Positions 59,815-64,000 of a stretch of DNA of 64,000 bases are shown here, piece by piece; position 1 is the stretch's first letter, and each line of letters opens with the position of its first letter. The position numbers were made by a program, and so were the translations under genes. The notes beneath the pieces are model-generated. The model ran no database searches, had not been told where the DNA came from, and saw only the letters and a list, made by a program, of their open reading frames with translations. Origin of the DNA: an uncultured Poribacteria bacterium (lineage in GTDB: Bacteria > Poribacteria > WGA-4E > WGA-3G). The stretch spans positions 3,744,001 through 3,808,000 of the forward strand of contig OX638351.1 in NCBI GenBank assembly GCA_951813565.1, written 5' to 3'.

Positions 59815-60146
59815 TTTTATAGTAAAATCCATAATTATTTTTACGTTTTGTTCTTATGTAAATTTCAAACACGCCATAAATGTCCGAGGCGACAAGTCAT
59901 GGCGAATACCACACGGGGAGTGCCTAAAGACGAATGCGCTTGGTAGAATACGCTTTTGGTATTCTACATGATTCGCCATGATTCATACCGTTGATTTCTT
60001 GATTTGGCGCATGCTGCGTTGATTTGGCTGAATCATGCGGAATACCAAAAGCGTATTCCGCCAAAAGGCATTCATAGCGTTGATTTATGGATTTCGCTTC
60101 GTACTACCCAACCTTCACTTGAATCGTTATTTCAAACTCACGTTTT

Positions 60147-61106
60147 TTACATAGAAGATAGGATAGACAAAACCTGTTCATGTAACGTTCCGTTGGTTGC
60201 TACAACGCCACGATTTTCGGTCATGCGTCTACCACTAAGGAAGTTAAGCTTTTTTCCGTTTGCATCTGTTACTTTTCCGCCTGCTTCCTCAACTATAATA
60301 AGTCCCGCTGCATGATCCCAAATGCACTCACGATAATCAGGATAAGCGGGATTAGGCAGACGAATATAGAGAGATGCTTCACCTCGTGCGACAATTCCAT
60401 ATTTTGCCTGGCTGTCTATTTGTAGAGGCGGTTTGTTAAGTCCTAATTCGTTTGCAATTTTAGTATGTGTGTTGCTGTCCCCATGTGTAGATTCAAAACT
60501 TTCTGCTAACCGAGATGCGTTTTCCGAAACGCTTATTTCTCCTAATAGTGTACCTTTTGTTGTATATATAGTTGTGCCTTCACCGCGAACAGCGATAAAG
60601 AGACATCCGCGTTCAGAATTGGTGACATCTAAGCGATGCGGCAGATTCGGACATCCTAAAACGCCAAGTTGTACCTCACCCTCAACAATCCATGCTAATG
60701 CGATAGCGTACTGATCGCGGCGAAGAAACCCTTTGGTACCATCAATTGGGTCAAGTGTCCAAAAACTTTCCTCAATTTCACCGCTTCCTCTATCAATCCA
60801 TTCACAAACGTTTTGATTTTGCACTTCACCTTTCACAAAACGTTTAACATAATCTGTGACACGATCCAAAAGTGTGGTATTGTGTTTTAGGGACTGAGCG
60901 TCCTCTTCAGCAATAATCGTGTCTGCAGGAAAGGCATCACCAATCGCTTTGCATATCAGTGCTTGCGATCCGAAGTCGGCAACGGTTACGGGACTACGGT
61001 CGCTTTTTTGAATGGCATCTGTTGATACCATCTCATCCTGTACCTGTTGACAAAGTTCTCCCGCTTTAAGAACTGCCTCTATTGCAATTTGTTTTTTAGA
61101 ATTCAT
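60147..61106 (-). CDS. 3'(2'),5'-bisphosphate nucleotidase (HAL2-like)
   Basis: KSDRSPVTVADFGSQA, WTLDPIDGTKGFLR, IDSQAKY, IWDHAAG. Confidence 0.9.
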   Translation of the reverse strand: MNSKKQIAIEAVLKAGELCQQVQDEMVSTDAIQKSDRSPVTVADFGSQALICKAIGDAFPADTIIAEEDAQSLKHNTTLLDRVTDYVKRFVKGEVQNQNVCEWIDRGSGEIEESFWTLDPIDGTKGFLRRDQYAIALAWIVEGEVQLGVLGCPNLPHRLDVTNSERGCLFIAVRGEGTTIYTTKGTLLGEISVSENASRLAESFESTHGDSNTHTKIANELGLNKPPLQIDSQAKYGIVARGEASLYIRLPNPAYPDYRECIWDHAAGLIIVEEAGGKVTDANGKKLNFLSGRRMTENRGVVATNGTLHEQVLSILSSM

Positions 61107-61179
61107 TATAGTTACGACACGTTATGTATGTCAATTACCACATCCTTTGATTACGGCACGCGGAGCGTGCCTACTACTA

Positions 61180-61821
61180 TTAAAAAAGCGTTGATCTCGG
61201 AATATTTTTAGCCTCGTCCAGTTTACGTTTTGCTTCACTAATATCGTCTATGATGGTTCGACGCGTCGTAGTAAAATTGTCACTTTCTTGTCGGAGAATG
61301 TATGCTGGATTAAACGTAGCCATTGCAAAAGGGGCATAACGAGTATCCGTAAACCAAACACCGCGCTCCTCTGTAATTCGGAAGCGCGGATGAATGAGCA
61401 TTTTTGCAGCCGGAGCACCTAAACATAAAACCACCGAAGGTTGGATTAAGGTTAATTCACTATCAAGCCATTTTGAACACGCCTTAATTTCTGCTGCTTT
61501 CGGTGGACGGTTTTTCAACGCGCTTTCTTTTGTTCCCACTGCACGACATTTAATAATGTTTGTTAGCCAGATGTCGCTGCGTGTTAATCCACTTGCAACA
61601 AGCACCTCATCTAACATGTTGCCAGCTGGACCTGAAAATGGAAATCCTGTATGATTATCGGCTGCAGATGGACCTTCGCCAACAAGAACTAATTTTGCGT
61701 TGACTTCTCCACGACCACAGACGACGTTCACTCGGGTTTTAGCCAAATCGCAATCCGTACAAACGCTTGTGCGCTCTTTGAGACGTTGCATTTGTGTGTG
61801 GCGAGTCGAAATATTTTCCAT
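61180..61821 (-). CDS. Uracil-DNA glycosylase family 4-like (Fe-S)
   Basis: CTDCDL, VGEGP, PFSGPAG, TNIIKCR, NRPP, NPAYILR. Confidence 0.85.
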   Translation of the reverse strand: MENISTRHTQMQRLKERTSVCTDCDLAKTRVNVVCGRGEVNAKLVLVGEGPSAADNHTGFPFSGPAGNMLDEVLVASGLTRSDIWLTNIIKCRAVGTKESALKNRPPKAAEIKACSKWLDSELTLIQPSVVLCLGAPAAKMLIHPRFRITEERGVWFTDTRYAPFAMATFNPAYILRQESDNFTTTRRTIIDDISEAKRKLDEAKNIPRSTLF

Positions 61822-61874
61822 AACTCAGCGCGCACAGTTAGAACACCTATCCAGAATATTGTGTATCAAGTTTT

Positions 61875-64000
61875 CTAGGAACCACCTGAAGTCTTCGTAA
61901 ATTGAATACTCGCGTGGATCAACGACTCGGTTGCACCAAAAGTTAATTGATAAATAGGTTTTTCCCACTTGTATTGATAATCACTTCCATAAGCAGATAC
62001 ACCCATCGGAATATAATCATCCGGCACATGAATAAAAAATGTTCCCTCTGCCTGCCGAGGCGGTTGACAGATGAGCAGATAACTTTGACTGTGGCTATCC
62101 CACCCTGCTGACAATATCTCAACACTGCCTTGGGTGTAATGCATGTCTGTAGAAAGCAGTTGGGGCACCTGTTGTTCTTCACGTAAGCATAGCAATTTGG
62201 CTGAACGTGGTGCGACATTCATCAAAGTGACATTCTTAGAAACAACGCCTAAGTATTGGCGCATCCAAAAATCATGAACGAGATAGTCCTTGTCTGGATT
62301 AAGTCCGATGGCTGCTAAATTCAGATGGATATCGTCCTGTTGATCTTTCCAATTAAATATGCCAACAAGATTCCAAGATTCGTGTGTTTTTTCAATAGAT
62401 AGACGTAAAATTCGTGGAAAAGCTTCATCATAAAGGTCAATCGGGGTGGCTGCCTCTCCAGAAAGCGGGAATAATTTTGCTATTAATTCAGCGCGTAGTG
62501 AAGAAAAAGTTGTTGGGGTATTCGCACATGAAACTGCGGCACCACTCAATGCGGCAGCAGTCATCTCAACAATTGACTCGTTTATCGGACGAGGCGCATC
62601 TACGTTTAAGTCGCCGTATGCGTGGTTCCAGAGTATGTTACGCGCGGTAAGATACCCAGCATAGCGGCTAAACCTATGTTTTATCCCATTTTGTTGATGC
62701 CATGAGTCACTGTTGTCTACATACTTCTGGCGCAAAAGTGGGTAATTAAGAGAAAAACTCCCGATACTAACACTTTCAATGATGTTATAACCTGCCAGTA
62801 TCACATCATTTTGAGTTGCTTCAACTGCTTCTGTAAGCAAACGAACGGCTAAGCGGTACAATTCAACTGAAGTAAGGGAGCTGTCATGCCAAGTCACATT
62901 CGGTGCTACTGACATCATGCCACTTGTATAACTTGACAAATCCGCTTTAATCAAGTCATATCCCCATTCATCTACTAACTGTTTTACTATTTTTCGGACG
63001 TGTACTTGCGTTTCAGGATGTGAAACATCCAATATTGCCAGAGCCGCCCCTCTGCCCGGAAGATGTAACTCAACGGGTTTACCCGAAACATCCTTTTTTC
63101 GGGATTTACCACCTTTTGATGGTGTTTGTTCTGTGTTTTTAGATCGTAGACACGCTTCAGGGTACTTTTGGACTAATTCTGAATTCCGTTCAATGCCAAA
63201 TGGGTCAATACAGATGCTGGCTTTAAACCCTTCCGCGTGAATCTCCTCAACTATAGGTGCCATACCTTCAGGGAAACGTTCTCTATCCAACGACAAATAC
63301 CCAGGATTTGCCTGCCATCCTGCTTCCAAATGAATGTAGTCTATTCCACCGGTGAGTGTAGGTTTAAATAAAGGATTTTGGGCAATTGAACGGGTTTGTT
63401 CAGTGATGCTATTCGCACACAGTTCCTGTTCAATGTTTTCCGATGATAAACTCCAACCAGAGAAAGTTTTCTGATCAATGTGGCTTGTGGATGTTACGTT
63501 ATCGGAACTATTTTCTGATAAATCTGGTGGTATTTGCACACCGTTTTCAGCAGCGAGGCGTTCGGTATAACGCGTATAAGATGAGGAAGCAGTATCCGAA
63601 AAATCAAGATAGCCAATCTCCGATGTGACTTCCTCCCCCGATTGACACGATTTATGTTCACAGTCATGGTAAAGTGCCCAAGTCGTTAAACCTTGCTGAG
63701 ATTTACGTTTAGAAGCTTGATAGCCGATCTGCATGCGGGGCCACCACTTGTTTGTCGTGATGAACCCGAATACAAGTGACTTTTTGCTATCGGTGTCGTG
63801 TAGGAGGGCATCTTGACACGGTTGTAAGATATTATCTTCATTCAAACTAAATCCATCATAGATTTTACGGTGGGTGCCTGGACTGGGGGATATCGGAGGC
63901 ATTTTTAGGTAGAGATGGTATTGAGATGGATGACCACCTAATTGGATTGCGCCTTGTTGTGTAGAAACATCAATTAGAGTGATATTTTTTAAGCAGATAG
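61875..64000 (-). CDS. GH36/alpha-galactosidase-like protein, 5' partial
   Basis: GWQ, RFPEGM, LDVSHP, GYDLIKAD, GIFNW; frame stays open to the window edge. Confidence 0.75.
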   Translation of the reverse strand, partial: ICLKNITLIDVSTQQGAIQLGGHPSQYHLYLKMPPISPSPGTHRKIYDGFSLNEDNILQPCQDALLHDTDSKKSLVFGFITTNKWWPRMQIGYQASKRKSQQGLTTWALYHDCEHKSCQSGEEVTSEIGYLDFSDTASSSYTRYTERLAAENGVQIPPDLSENSSDNVTSTSHIDQKTFSGWSLSSENIEQELCANSITEQTRSIAQNPLFKPTLTGGIDYIHLEAGWQANPGYLSLDRERFPEGMAPIVEEIHAEGFKASICIDPFGIERNSELVQKYPEACLRSKNTEQTPSKGGKSRKKDVSGKPVELHLPGRGAALAILDVSHPETQVHVRKIVKQLVDEWGYDLIKADLSSYTSGMMSVAPNVTWHDSSLTSVELYRLAVRLLTEAVEATQNDVILAGYNIIESVSIGSFSLNYPLLRQKYVDNSDSWHQQNGIKHRFSRYAGYLTARNILWNHAYGDLNVDAPRPINESIVEMTAAALSGAAVSCANTPTTFSSLRAELIAKLFPLSGEAATPIDLYDEAFPRILRLSIEKTHESWNLVGIFNWKDQQDDIHLNLAAIGLNPDKDYLVHDFWMRQYLGVVSKNVTLMNVAPRSAKLLCLREEQQVPQLLSTDMHYTQGSVEILSAGWDSHSQSYLLICQPPRQAEGTFFIHVPDDYIPMGVSAYGSDYQYKWEKPIYQLTFGATESLIHASIQFTKTSGGS

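Overview
Bacterial chromosomal window. The gene repertoire (LRR plus dockerin-like protein, many TPR proteins, tandem sulfatases, BlaI/BlaR1 module, dense GTAG-type REP/MITE repeats) resembles Candidatus Poribacteria; this is an inference. From left to right: (1) a nest of three IS elements (IS605-type tnpA-tnpB, IS50-like IS4, another DDE IS) next to a truncated coiled-coil gene; (2) hypothetical genes, a MITE and an STT3-like glycosyltransferase; (3) a vWA/DUF4159/DUF4175-like cluster and a GH3 gene; (4) an ~860-nt non-coding unit (19464-20331) with a consensus-like promoter, a closing stem and five repeated pseudoknot modules, which is the best novelty candidate (large structured ncRNA); (5) a probable defence island (orphan antitoxin, SspD/DndC-like protein, SBD-HNH nuclease, membrane protein plus MBL hydrolase pair, Rpn); (6) housekeeping and accessory genes: rbsK, TPR, birA, DUF523, trpC/trpD, a solo tnpB element, blaI/blaR1-thioredoxin, aroK/aroB, a four-gene uncharacterised membrane cluster, sulfatases (one frameshifted), VIT-vWA, methyltransferase, Ogl-like lyase, LRR protein, oxidoreductases, a HAL2-like phosphatase, UDG and a partial GH36-like gene. 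All calls come from reading the sequence and motifs; no database search was run.
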